DNA of 28,410 bases from a virus (taxonomy: Duplodnaviria > Caudoviricetes): IMG/VR virus record IMGVR_UViG_3300012940_000088, positions 1 through 28,410 of that record. One strand, 5' to 3'. Shown one piece after another: positions 1-8,798 of the stretch. The first letter of the stretch is position 1; every line of letters begins with the position of its first letter. The notes under the pieces are model-generated. The model did no database searches, was not told the origin of the DNA, and saw only the letters and a program-made list of their open reading frames with translations. Both the position numbers and the translations under genes were made by a program.

Positions 1-545
1 CGAACATCGACGTCACCCACGTGAATCCCGGTCGTGTTCCCAGTCACGTCACCCGTAACGTCGCCGGTCACATCCCCCGTTAGATTCCCGGTGACATTGC
101 CCGTCACATTCCCGACGACGTCGCCTTTGATTCCGCCCAACATCGAGACTTGCTGGTCAAACGTCACGAGTCCGGAAAAGACATGATCCGACGCAATCGT
201 GTCTGCGAGCGAGAAATACGGATTCCCATTCAACCCGTTCGCATTCTGGATCGTCAGATTCTCACCGTTGACCGTGAGGACTCGAATCTGATACTGGCCG
301 GGCGAAGTGCGCGCAGGGAATCCCTTCAGCTGCGGGCCAAAGGTGAATCCGTCAAGTTCAACGTTCTTCTCCTGATACCGCGCGTCGGCTTGGTCCCGGT
401 TGATAATCCGCCACCCACCACGCTTTGCTCCATCATGGAGTCGTAACTCATCGTTACTCTCATCCGCGCGCAATTCCCTCGGAGGACCGATATATTGATC
501 CTCGGTGTCTGCGGGACCGCCAGCGATTTGAACGATCTTGCTCAT
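1..545 (-). CDS. Tail fibre / receptor-binding protein with Mtd_N-like N-terminus (runs off the left edge)
   Basis: Not in the ORF track; translated by hand from ATG at 545, adjacent to the stop of the upstream gene. MSKIVQIAGGPADTEDQYIGPPRELRADESNDELRLHDGAKRGGW resembles the Mtd_N motif (G..GE..D....L.HDG...GG). It is followed by G(N/D)VT repeats typical of fibre shafts. Confidence 0.75.
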   Translation of the reverse strand, partial: MSKIVQIAGGPADTEDQYIGPPRELRADESNDELRLHDGAKRGGWRIINRDQADARYQEKNVELDGFTFGPQLKGFPARTSPGQYQIRVLTVNGENLTIQNANGLNGNPYFSLADTIASDHVFSGLVTFDQQVSMLGGIKGDVVGNVTGNVTGNLTGDVTGDVTGDVTGNTTGIHVGDVDV

Positions 546-2303
546 CTAATTCAAAACCCCTGCATCGACGGCGGTTAATTCAAGCACTTTCACATGAAAT
601 GCTTCGCCGACTTGCGTAGCGCTTAACTCAACAATCGCCCAAAGACCCGTAACACTACAAGAGAAATAACGCCCGGCTTGGTTGAATTGAACCAGCGAGG
701 GAACTTCGTCGAGGAATAATGAATGTCCATCAAGCGTGCCGATGACTCGGAGTCCGTGGTTGATATAATTCATTACCTCATAGCCGAAATCCTCGGAGCC
801 AACTTCCGCGTTGTAATCTTCGTCGGACGTGCCATCGGGAATCAGATTGAAATCTTCACCAGCCTGATCTGCTTCGCCGGACAAGACATTTCCGATAAAC
901 AACGCGGAGATTTCGATCATGCGATCGAGGGAGTTATTCTCCCGGTCTCGGATTAGGCCGAGTTGAATCACAGCATCAAGGTCGGTGAGTTCCGCCGGCG
1001 CAGGATTGGTCCCATCATTCGGATAATACCCGGCCGGTGACGTGATCAGGGAATCATCAAACGTATTCACCGTCATCGACGAGCCAAGGACAACACCGCC
1101 ACCCGTCGGACTTTTAGCTGCTGGCGTTTGAATCAATGGATAGTAGGAATTCAAGGTCGGGGCGAGGGGCAAAATCTCCCGGGACCCGACGTAATCCCAA
1201 TACCGAACCCTCCCGGATTCATCAACAAACCCAAAATAATCGTCGCCACGGCTGGAGTCCTGAATCAACAATGGGCCGATGCCATAGTGATTCTCATCGA
1301 ACGTCCCCCATTTATCGATCGCGGGGTAAAGGACAAACGCCTTTTCGTAAATCGGGTTCGATTGACTCAAACTCACGGACAGATACATATACCGCTTCAA
1401 CTCATCCCATTCGAGCCGAACATTTTGCCCAACCTTGAGATTGTATTTCTGCAAATAGTCAATCAGAAACTCGTTAAACAATGGGGTCATGGGAGTCGGA
1501 GCTTCACCCCGGGTCTGAAACAGCCCGCGCTCATCGAGAAACGCAACCGTGTTGTCGTCCAACTGCAACGCGCAGAAGGAATTCATCGGACGGAATTCCG
1601 TGTTCAACGGCCGGTGGCGGTAGACAAACGAATCACCAGTGAACTCACTCCTCATGACTCCGCCGGTGGTAAAAAGAATCGTCCCGCCGGCATAGCCGTA
1701 AACGCAAATCGGGAATCCGGCGACAACGGCGGAAATCACCTGAAAACCCGCACCACCCAATCGGGGATTGAAATCCGTCCCATCGCCGGGCGCGGAGAAG
1801 TAATAATTCACATCATCGAAAACGATCAGCCGGCCATTATTCACCGCCAAGCCAATCGCCTGCGTAGGGACTCCCGGGCCGACCAACGGCTCACACAAAT
1901 CGGCGTCGATATCATACGCCAGAATCCCGACGATCGGATGGCAGAAAAACATAATTCCATTGAGATAGCCATACGACCAACGATAGGGACTCACTGATGT
2001 ATCCGGCGTAATGTAAATCACACGCCACCCGCCCAAATCCTCACGCCATTCGTAAATCCCATCAGCCATGAACACGAAAACGCGATCGGCCCCACCGACT
2101 TCCGTGCGCAAGCGAAGGCGACATGATTGCCAATGGGCCGATTTGCCGACCGGGTAGGGAGTCAGAAACCTGTTGCCGAATGCGGATTTCGGGCCGAATA
2201 CGTCAAGGACGTAATTTCTCCCCGACAGGACATACAAATCCTCCAACTTCCGAACATCGACCGACGGGGTCAAGCCCTTGAAGTCTTTTGATTCATACCG
2301 CAT
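546..2303 (-). CDS. Tail hub / tubular protein B-like (P22 gp10 / T7 gp12-type beta-propeller) structural protein
   Basis: 585-aa beta-rich ORF in the tail module, with motifs such as NGRLIVF..YYFS..GD..DF and FLDERGLF typical of podovirus stabilisation/nozzle proteins. Confidence 0.65.
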   Translation of the reverse strand: MRYESKDFKGLTPSVDVRKLEDLYVLSGRNYVLDVFGPKSAFGNRFLTPYPVGKSAHWQSCRLRLRTEVGGADRVFVFMADGIYEWREDLGGWRVIYITPDTSVSPYRWSYGYLNGIMFFCHPIVGILAYDIDADLCEPLVGPGVPTQAIGLAVNNGRLIVFDDVNYYFSAPGDGTDFNPRLGGAGFQVISAVVAGFPICVYGYAGGTILFTTGGVMRSEFTGDSFVYRHRPLNTEFRPMNSFCALQLDDNTVAFLDERGLFQTRGEAPTPMTPLFNEFLIDYLQKYNLKVGQNVRLEWDELKRYMYLSVSLSQSNPIYEKAFVLYPAIDKWGTFDENHYGIGPLLIQDSSRGDDYFGFVDESGRVRYWDYVGSREILPLAPTLNSYYPLIQTPAAKSPTGGGVVLGSSMTVNTFDDSLITSPAGYYPNDGTNPAPAELTDLDAVIQLGLIRDRENNSLDRMIEISALFIGNVLSGEADQAGEDFNLIPDGTSDEDYNAEVGSEDFGYEVMNYINHGLRVIGTLDGHSLFLDEVPSLVQFNQAGRYFSCSVTGLWAIVELSATQVGEAFHVKVLELTAVDAGVLN

Positions 2304-2310
2304 GTTCGGA

Positions 2311-2778
2311 TTACCTCAAGTAGAGTCGGTAATTGAATGTCCGATCCGATTCGATTGTGTCAGGGCCAATGGTCAATTCTGCCGGCAGTGCGCCCGACAA
2401 GCAGAAAAGATTCCCGACCACCGCATCCGCTGACGGCGCAATGAACATCCGAGTGATCGGCTTGTCAAACGCCGCGCCGACTGCCAGCCAGACCAGGTCC
2501 TTCGACTCCAAATACGGCTGGCCATTCAACAATCCCGCTGTCGGCCAATCGACGTCATTCCGAGCCAGCGCCAATCGGGCATACCCATTCACTCCGATTG
2601 TGGGTTCGATCAATGATTCGATTTGCAGGTCAGGCGTGTAGACTCCCTGACACAGACCGACATAAAAATCCGCCACGTGCGCTCGAAGGGCGAGATCAAG
2701 AATCGTCTGCGCCCCGAACGTTGTCACGTTGTTGGGAATCACAAGACCGTTTTTAAACCTGAACTCGCCCCTGAGCAT
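2311..2778 (-). CDS. Virion structural protein (tail-associated), function unknown
   Basis: Start reassigned to MLRGEF (ATG 2778, SD GGAG). IPNNVTTFG and GYARLAL motifs are common in phage tail accessory proteins. Confidence 0.6.
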   Translation of the reverse strand: MLRGEFRFKNGLVIPNNVTTFGAQTILDLALRAHVADFYVGLCQGVYTPDLQIESLIEPTIGVNGYARLALARNDVDWPTAGLLNGQPYLESKDLVWLAVGAAFDKPITRMFIAPSADAVVGNLFCLSGALPAELTIGPDTIESDRTFNYRLYLR

Positions 2779-2780
2779 TT

Positions 2781-3044
2781 TCAATTCTCCGTTTGATTCA
2801 CGGCAACCGGGCAAGCCGCCACCGCATTGAGCATTGCCTCGGCCGCCGAAATCGCCACGGCCCGGCGCGTCGGGTCATTGATCTGATTCGCCTGATCCAA
2901 CGCCTGATTGGCGGCCGTCGTGACTTCGACCTGATGATCGCACACGAAATTTCCGACTTTGCCCAGCCCCGCCTGAATCGTGGCACAACCGGTCAGAGCC
3001 ATTACCGGCACCGCCCACGCCACCAAACACACGACATTCCTCAT
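2781..3044 (-). CDS. Lipoprotein, possible spanin component
   Basis: Start reassigned to MRNVVCLVAWAVPVMALTGC (SD GGAGG). Signal peptide with lipobox LTG-C, directly downstream of a holin-like gene. Confidence 0.65.
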   Translation of the reverse strand: MRNVVCLVAWAVPVMALTGCATIQAGLGKVGNFVCDHQVEVTTAANQALDQANQINDPTRRAVAISAAEAMLNAVAACPVAVNQTEN

Positions 3045-3045
3045 T

Positions 3046-3396
3046 TCACGATCCTCCCTTCTTGATGAATCGTCCACGGCCATCCCGTTCCTGCTGTGAG
3101 GGAGTCGGAACCGGCTCTTCGTAAGCGTCCGGGCGCGTCTCGGGCATCCCCAATTCAAACGCCTGAGCGGTAGCCTTGGCCGCATCGTTGACTGTGACTC
3201 CGCTGGTCACGCGGTTCGACAGATACAATCCGAGGACCTTGACGATCTTTCGGAGGATTCCCAGTGCGCCCGTCGCGTCATCGGGAATGGCCCGGGCCGC
3301 GAGATTGAAAAAGAACACCAGCGTGGGAATCAGCGCGATGATGACACTCGGATCGACTCCCAGCCACTGCGCGATTTGGTTGATGATTGAATCCAT
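3046..3396 (-). CDS. Putative holin (small membrane protein)
   Basis: 116 aa with a hydrophobic helix, an amphipathic helix (GALGILRKIVKVLGL) and a charged C-tail; SD AGGAGG. Confidence 0.55.
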   Translation of the reverse strand: MDSIINQIAQWLGVDPSVIIALIPTLVFFFNLAARAIPDDATGALGILRKIVKVLGLYLSNRVTSGVTVNDAAKATAQAFELGMPETRPDAYEEPVPTPSQQERDGRGRFIKKGGS

Positions 3397-3459
3397 TGTT
3401 CGCCTCCTATTTTGGCGGGAGAATCTTAGGAAATCACCGTGCGCCCGTCAAATGAAATA

Positions 3460-4263
3460 TCAGGACAATACGACGCTTCCCAAGATGTCAATCCAGTAAA
3501 CCAAATTATTCCCCCGCGCAAATGCAGTCCCTGCAATCACCTCGGTTGTTTGATCGATAAAAATGCAATCAACCTGTTTCAACGCAAGGCCCGAATAAAC
3601 ACTCACATTCACATTGTTCGTAGCCCCGAGGATTCCAAGAGCGGCGGTTCCCGTTGCACCGGATCGATCTTGAAGCAAAGTGGCGTAAGTCTTTCCCAAT
3701 TCCAAGCTAACCGGCGCTCCGAAATCAAACAGGGCATATTGATCTCCAGCAGCCAATCCACTCAACACGGCAGATCCCAGCACCGTCGTCACGGTCAAAG
3801 CGATTAAATCAATTTCCAGCAAGTATCCCGCGTAATCATGACCCGCGATCGCAGTCCAACGCGGGATGATTCCTCGAACCACAACTGGAGCGACCGGCGC
3901 GAAAATCGTCCCCTTACTGGCGTGGGTGGTAGTGGACTCTGTAGTGTCGCTGCAATTCCGCGCAACTGTCAATCCCCCTGATTGACTTGCCGGCTCCCAT
4001 TTCCCTGCTACCCCATTCCAAACCAAGACTTGGCCATCGGTCGGGGGAGTCGTTACCACATCCACGTCCGTCAGACTCGCCAGTTCCCCAACCCCGATCA
4101 CATCCCAGAGGGCGGTGTCACCATTGAATCCGTAAAGAATCTTCGTATCATTCGCGTAATACAGCGCCGCTGCACCCGTTGCAATCAAATCGGGCATTCC
4201 CGCCGGGTCAGGAAGATTCGCCGCTGCGCCTTGCGCAATGTAATCCAACAGCCGTCCACCCAT
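3460..4263 (-). CDS. Tail fibre/spike-associated protein
   Basis: Contains LASLTDVD...PTDGQVLVWNG..GKWEP, a linker motif common in phage fibre proteins; beta-rich C-terminal domain. Confidence 0.6.
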   Translation of the reverse strand: MGGRLLDYIAQGAAANLPDPAGMPDLIATGAAALYYANDTKILYGFNGDTALWDVIGVGELASLTDVDVVTTPPTDGQVLVWNGVAGKWEPASQSGGLTVARNCSDTTESTTTHASKGTIFAPVAPVVVRGIIPRWTAIAGHDYAGYLLEIDLIALTVTTVLGSAVLSGLAAGDQYALFDFGAPVSLELGKTYATLLQDRSGATGTAALGILGATNNVNVSVYSGLALKQVDCIFIDQTTEVIAGTAFARGNNLVYWIDILGSVVLS

Positions 4264-4269
4264 GATTCC

Positions 4270-5736
4270 TTATCCTTCCCAAACTAATGAACCGTCGTCG
4301 AGGTAAACCAAATTCGGTGGAACCGATCCATCGACCAACGGAAATCTCGCGTCGCCCTTTGACAGCAGATACGACAGCGTCGCGTTCAACGCATCAACAT
4401 CGACAATCGGAATCTTGTCAATTCGATCATTCGCACGATTCGCAGCATTCAACGCCGAAGTGGCCGTGACCGAGACCGCAGCAATCTGCCCGGTCAGTTG
4501 GGTCGTCAGCGTCTGAATCGTTTGGTTGAACTCATCCTGCGAAACCGCGTCGATCGCGTTGATTCTTTGATTCAAATCCCGGTCGGCATTGGCGCGCCGA
4601 AGTTCCTCGGTTGCCATGCGATTGACCAGATTCGTCAACGTCGTATTGATCGCATCAATCTGCGGTTGATAATTGATCGGGTTGCCGATTAAATCAATCT
4701 GCTTTTGCAGTTCGTCGATCTGATTCGCAATGGTCGAGAAGTCCGCATTAAATAATCCAGCAAGCTGGGCCTTCGACCACGACTCCGTTTCGACAAACAA
4801 AGCGCCCGGAAGTAAGCCGCCTGCCGCCTGTGCTCCTTGGATTCTTCCAACCACACGCCCAATGCCATTGACGGATACCTCCCCGGTTGCATTCCAAGAG
4901 ACGGGTTCACCGTGCGCCCGTAGAGTCAAATCCGTTGACCCGACGGAGGAAATCGTGGCGCCGTTGACGATCACCCAGCCATATGATTCATCTTCCGGAA
5001 TTGAATATGCGCCAATGATTCCCAAAACCATGTCGGGGGACGACAAATCGATCCGGTCGGTTACTTGCCAGTTGATCTGATTCACAGACTTCAGGAAACC
5101 AACCGGCGAGCCGAGCGCCATATCCGAGGAAAGATTCTTGAACTGAACATACCTGGCAAGAATCAACCCTAACGTCTCATGGTAAAACCGGCCGAGACTC
5201 CCAAGCGTGTAAATCTTTTTGCCAGGTGCCTGCGTCTGAGTCAAAATCTGCCAAGGAAATGTCGTATCCCCGGCTTGCGTGAGATTGTGCTGCTCACGAA
5301 TCGTGGCAGTTTGCTCGCGGATGAATGAGTCAACTGGAGACGCCAACGAATCACCGAACTCCATCGGCGTGGTCGGGCGGTAGGGATTGGCTTCCGGGAC
5401 TTGGAGTTGGCTTGTCGTGCGCCCAATCTTCACCCCGGCAAAGACCTGACCCCCAAGCAATTCCTCCGGTTTCAATAACCGATGAATCGATTGAAGGACA
5501 ATCAATCCATGGCTAGTGAATCGCGTAGGGCCAAACTGACTTTGAAGCGAGACTAACCCTTGACTCGTAAACCGCGTTGGACCTGCTTTGGCAACGGTTG
5601 ATAACAGTCTGTGACTCGTAAACCGCGTCGGGCCTGCTTTGGCAATAATCGACAACAGCCCATGATAGCTAAACCGCGTCGGGCTTGCTAGTGCTGTCGT
5701 AGCCAGGAGTTGATGAAAGGACTTCCGAACGGCCAT
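4270..5736 (-). CDS. Fibre-like structural protein with N-terminal 17-aa repeats and coiled coil
   Basis: 488 aa; four PTRF(T/S) repeats; heptad coiled-coil region (IANQIDELQKQIDL...); lies in the tail module. Confidence 0.6.
   Translation of the reverse strand: MAVRKSFHQLLATTALASPTRFSYHGLLSIIAKAGPTRFTSHRLLSTVAKAGPTRFTSQGLVSLQSQFGPTRFTSHGLIVLQSIHRLLKPEELLGGQVFAGVKIGRTTSQLQVPEANPYRPTTPMEFGDSLASPVDSFIREQTATIREQHNLTQAGDTTFPWQILTQTQAPGKKIYTLGSLGRFYHETLGLILARYVQFKNLSSDMALGSPVGFLKSVNQINWQVTDRIDLSSPDMVLGIIGAYSIPEDESYGWVIVNGATISSVGSTDLTLRAHGEPVSWNATGEVSVNGIGRVVGRIQGAQAAGGLLPGALFVETESWSKAQLAGLFNADFSTIANQIDELQKQIDLIGNPINYQPQIDAINTTLTNLVNRMATEELRRANADRDLNQRINAIDAVSQDEFNQTIQTLTTQLTGQIAAVSVTATSALNAANRANDRIDKIPIVDVDALNATLSYLLSKGDARFPLVDGSVPPNLVYLDDGSLVWEG
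5491..5694 (-). repeat. 4 x 51-bp (17-aa) intragenic tandem repeat
   Basis: ALASPTRFSYHGLLSII / AKAGPTRFTSHRLLSTV / AKAGPTRFTSQGLVSLQ / SQFGPTRFTSHGLIVLQ. Confidence 0.9.
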
Positions 5737-5745
5737 TGTGATTCC

Positions 5746-6780
5746 TTACAGGACAATGGCATAGCCCGTTTTGACGATGCCGTCGATATCCGCCTGCTGC
5801 CACGGAAGGGCGCTCTCCGGATTCGTTTGAAAGTGATCGTAATACCAATTCCACGTCTGACTCAGTGCAAACGGTTCGCCGGGGTGCTCATTCACCAGCT
5901 TGAGAATGTTCTGACTCTGCCGAGTCCCGGCCTCTTCTTTCCTCGCGCACGAGAATTGCGACAGGCACCAGATCGATTCAGCAATGCCGGTGGTATTCGT
6001 GACTCCGAACAAGTCCTTCGTGCCAACGACGTCTGCGACGTTATACGTCGTATCGCCATCACATCCATCCGGATCGTCGACCATCGCGAAGTTATCGACT
6101 CCGGTCAGCGGCGTGAATCCTTTGGTGTCATCCACATTAGGAGACAACCAGAAGCCTTCAACCTCGGGAATCAACTCCGTCGAATCACACTGAAAAATTA
6201 TCGCGTCAAAATCAGCCTGAAGCGATTGACTCGTGATATCCCAACCCGCAGCTGCAACGGCCGCATAAGGCCCGGCGGCATTGCTGATATCAAGAACTCC
6301 AGTCGTTGGCGTATTTCCTCGAATCGAAATCTTCACATCAGAATTGACCGGGTCAGTGATATCCAGCGTAATCGCAACATTTTCGATTGTATTCGGCGCC
6401 AAAATATCTTCACTAATCAACGCCCCGGTCGCTGAATTATTGTTCGGACCGACCATGATATGCCCGAGCGGACCTACCATTATATAAGTCACATTTTGGT
6501 TATTGATGTTGCGAATCTGAAATATCCGCTGAATACCGTCTGCGAATAATCCTACCTTGATCGTGAAAAAAATACTCAATTGGCTGGTTTGCGGGAATAC
6601 CCGAACGCCCATGGACCAGCGGGATTCACAATGCACGGATGATCCATGCCCGCGCATTCCCGGACTATACAAGGAATTCCCGTTATTAAAGCCCGCCCAC
6701 ACAGCCGAGATTCCGCCGCTCGCGGCGTCGCGATTAGTCCCGTAATTGTCAAAAACTTCGATGAATCCTTTGAAAGCCAT
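5746..6780 (-). CDS. Virion structural protein, possible lectin/ConA-like beta-sandwich
   Basis: 344-aa beta-rich ORF within the structural operon; the fold is inferred only. Confidence 0.55.
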   Translation of the reverse strand: MAFKGFIEVFDNYGTNRDAASGGISAVWAGFNNGNSLYSPGMRGHGSSVHCESRWSMGVRVFPQTSQLSIFFTIKVGLFADGIQRIFQIRNINNQNVTYIMVGPLGHIMVGPNNNSATGALISEDILAPNTIENVAITLDITDPVNSDVKISIRGNTPTTGVLDISNAAGPYAAVAAAGWDITSQSLQADFDAIIFQCDSTELIPEVEGFWLSPNVDDTKGFTPLTGVDNFAMVDDPDGCDGDTTYNVADVVGTKDLFGVTNTTGIAESIWCLSQFSCARKEEAGTRQSQNILKLVNEHPGEPFALSQTWNWYYDHFQTNPESALPWQQADIDGIVKTGYAIVL

Positions 6781-6783
6781 GGC

Positions 6784-7194
6784 TCATCCAATCCTTAAAA
6801 TCCCGGCCTCAGGCCATTTGATCGTCACGTTGCCTTCCGACAACAACTGCGGAATCGTCACCCCACCCTGATCGATAAACGCCAGAAGTTTCGTCCCGGC
6901 TGACCATGAGAGGAAAATCACGATTCCTGAAACCGTCAACCCCAACAGATTCGGGTGGTCGAACACCACATCATCCGCATCGAGCAGCCCGCCGGTTATC
7001 ACGACTCCTGAAAGGTCAACCGGATCGAGCATCGGGGAATCCCCAAGCGCAGCGTAATCCGCGTGGCTCGGGTCAAACACATACGTATTGTTCACCAGCA
7101 CGCATCGGATTACGATGTTTTCAGCCGGCCGTGCGCCCGTCACGAGCGCCCATTGCCATAACGACTCCAGACCGGCAGAATAAAATCCGCTCAT
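6784..7194 (-). CDS. Conserved phage structural protein
   Basis: Start reassigned to MSGFYS (ATGA overlap with the upstream stop). LDADDVVF...LLAFID...GNVTIKW...GI is a recurring pattern in small tail proteins. Confidence 0.6.
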   Translation of the reverse strand: MSGFYSAGLESLWQWALVTGARPAENIVIRCVLVNNTYVFDPSHADYAALGDSPMLDPVDLSGVVITGGLLDADDVVFDHPNLLGLTVSGIVIFLSWSAGTKLLAFIDQGGVTIPQLLSEGNVTIKWPEAGILRIG

Positions 7195-7541
7195 TGATTC
7201 ACACCTTGATTGGCGTGATACCCCTTGCTGGCCGCCCACTGTTCAATCGAGGCTTCCCACGCCATGCGATCGCGAATCCACCGAGCAGCCTCGGTATTTG
7301 ATTCATCGGACTTGACCTGCAAGGCATTCACTTTATTCGTCGCATCCGAAATATCGCGGGAAATCTGGCCGAGATAAAACACCACGGGAATCACGGAGAT
7401 TGCCAGTGTCAGCAGGTGAACCAAGACGCCGCCGACGACCCAGTATTTAATCCGCGTTTCCGAGTGCATAATCCGCCGATCGATTTCCTCGCTGAGGTCG
7501 GGGAACAATTCAATCCCGAGAACTCGACGCTCATCAGCCAT
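7191..7541 (-). CDS. Single-TM membrane protein with C-terminal coiled coil
   Basis: Hydrophobic stretch YWVVGGVLVHLLTLAISVIPVVFYLG followed by a helical tail; tightly coupled to both neighbours. Confidence 0.6.
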   Translation of the reverse strand: MADERRVLGIELFPDLSEEIDRRIMHSETRIKYWVVGGVLVHLLTLAISVIPVVFYLGQISRDISDATNKVNALQVKSDESNTEAARWIRDRMAWEASIEQWAASKGYHANQGVNQ

Positions 7542-8246
7542 CTAGTAAACCCCGTCCCCTGCTGCGATTTCCGACGTAAAAAGCCCCTGCCGGAGTTGCG
7601 CGTATAAACTATAACTCGTTCGCGAGCGCGTGTCATCGCTGAGTCGCTTATAAACCTTCGCTCTGATTCCTTCCTTCAGAACCATATCCCAGCGCTCGAG
7701 AAGCCAATTCGTGGTTTTCTCCCGCGCGGCGGCTTTCTCCTCATCGGTCACGATTCCTTCGGCATAGGACCAACCAGTTTCGTCGTCCCAAGTTGCCGGA
7801 CGCGCATCCGGGGCGTAGTATTTCAACGACCGGGGATACTCATAATACGCCAGCGAAATCTGTGCCTGATTCCCACCATAATTCGCAAACGCGAAATAAT
7901 CCGTCGCCCGATAGTAGAAATACAGGGAATCCCTCATTGCTCGGCCGGGGACTCGTTCCTTCGCGTAGACGGGGCAACCATCCACGTCGATCACCGAATC
8001 ATACCGCACAGCCTGCATCGCCTGAAAAATCGTGGGGTTCGGGATTGTCCAAGTGAATCCCGTGTCCAAATTCGCAACTAGGGATGCTTCCTTGAGGTTG
8101 TTCCGAAACAGCACCGCATTGTAATGCTCAGGTTCAAAGTGCACTTCGCGAATCGTTTGAACCACATAGGAATGAATCTCGACAGCAAGGTCGGGGCGCC
8201 TCACTTCGAGAATCATAGCATCCACTAGTTGCGAAAAAGTAGTCAT
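7542..8246 (-). CDS. Head-tail adaptor (tail tubular protein A-like)
   Basis: MTTFSQLVDAMILEVRRPDL start and TNWLLERW..L..G end are typical of podovirus adaptors; located two genes after the capsid gene. Confidence 0.65.
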   Translation of the reverse strand: MTTFSQLVDAMILEVRRPDLAVEIHSYVVQTIREVHFEPEHYNAVLFRNNLKEASLVANLDTGFTWTIPNPTIFQAMQAVRYDSVIDVDGCPVYAKERVPGRAMRDSLYFYYRATDYFAFANYGGNQAQISLAYYEYPRSLKYYAPDARPATWDDETGWSYAEGIVTDEEKAAAREKTTNWLLERWDMVLKEGIRAKVYKRLSDDTRSRTSYSLYAQLRQGLFTSEIAAGDGVY

Positions 8247-8271
8247 GGCAGACGTTCCCCGAAACTCGTGA

Positions 8272-8691
8272 TTACTGACCGGCCTGCTGCGACTGCAGCG
8301 TCTGATTCAGATTCTCGGTGCCCTTGATCGGCGTGCGATCTTCGCCATGAATGGCCGAATCGACGACCTTCGAGGCCACCGGCGCGCGGGCCAGAAGCAT
8401 CGCATTCGCGGCGTCGACGTCGATTTTCTTCACGAGATTCTTCGTGCGAACGTCGGCCGAGGCCAGGAACTCCTCGAATTCCTTCGCCTCACTCGCGTTG
8501 AGTTTCAGCTGACCGTTCTCGAATTGCCAGCGCGTGCCGACATTGAATCGTTCGAGCGGATAACACGAGAAGATTACGGAATCACTGGAACTCGCCGTCG
8601 GCGCCGATTTTTCGATCTTCTCACCCTTCTCACCCTCGATTTGAACGCCCGGCTTGTTGGGATTCAAATCCGTCTTGACGTTGAAATTCAT
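8272..8691 (-). CDS. Hypothetical protein downstream of the capsid gene
   Basis: 139 aa; strong SD GGAGGA; codon style resembles the capsid gene. Confidence 0.7.
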   Translation of the reverse strand: MNFNVKTDLNPNKPGVQIEGEKGEKIEKSAPTASSSDSVIFSCYPLERFNVGTRWQFENGQLKLNASEAKEFEEFLASADVRTKNLVKKIDVDAANAMLLARAPVASKVVDSAIHGEDRTPIKGTENLNQTLQSQQAGQ

Positions 8692-8695
8692 CTGA

Positions 8696-8793
8696 TTCCT
8701 CCGTAGAGATTGCTCACAAGAATCCCCGGCTAGCCATCCGCACAGAGGAAGCGTTGACTAGCCGGGAACCCTTTCGCCGAGTCGCTGGCGAAA
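8696..8793 (-). promoter_or_regulatory. Structured intergenic RNA: two hairpins, one with an anti-SD loop
   Basis: TTTCGCC/GGCGAAA stem at 8772-8793. CCCGGCTAG/CTAGCCGGG stem at 8725-8766, whose loop UUCCUCUGU is complementary to the downstream SD region ACGGAGGAA. Confidence 0.6.
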
Positions 8794-8798
8794 ACCGA

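Noticed and set aside
1-545. Diversity-generating retroelement suggested by the Mtd_N domain
   Set aside because: No reverse transcriptase or template/variable repeat pair was seen in the window, and Mtd_N is a generic fibre anchor
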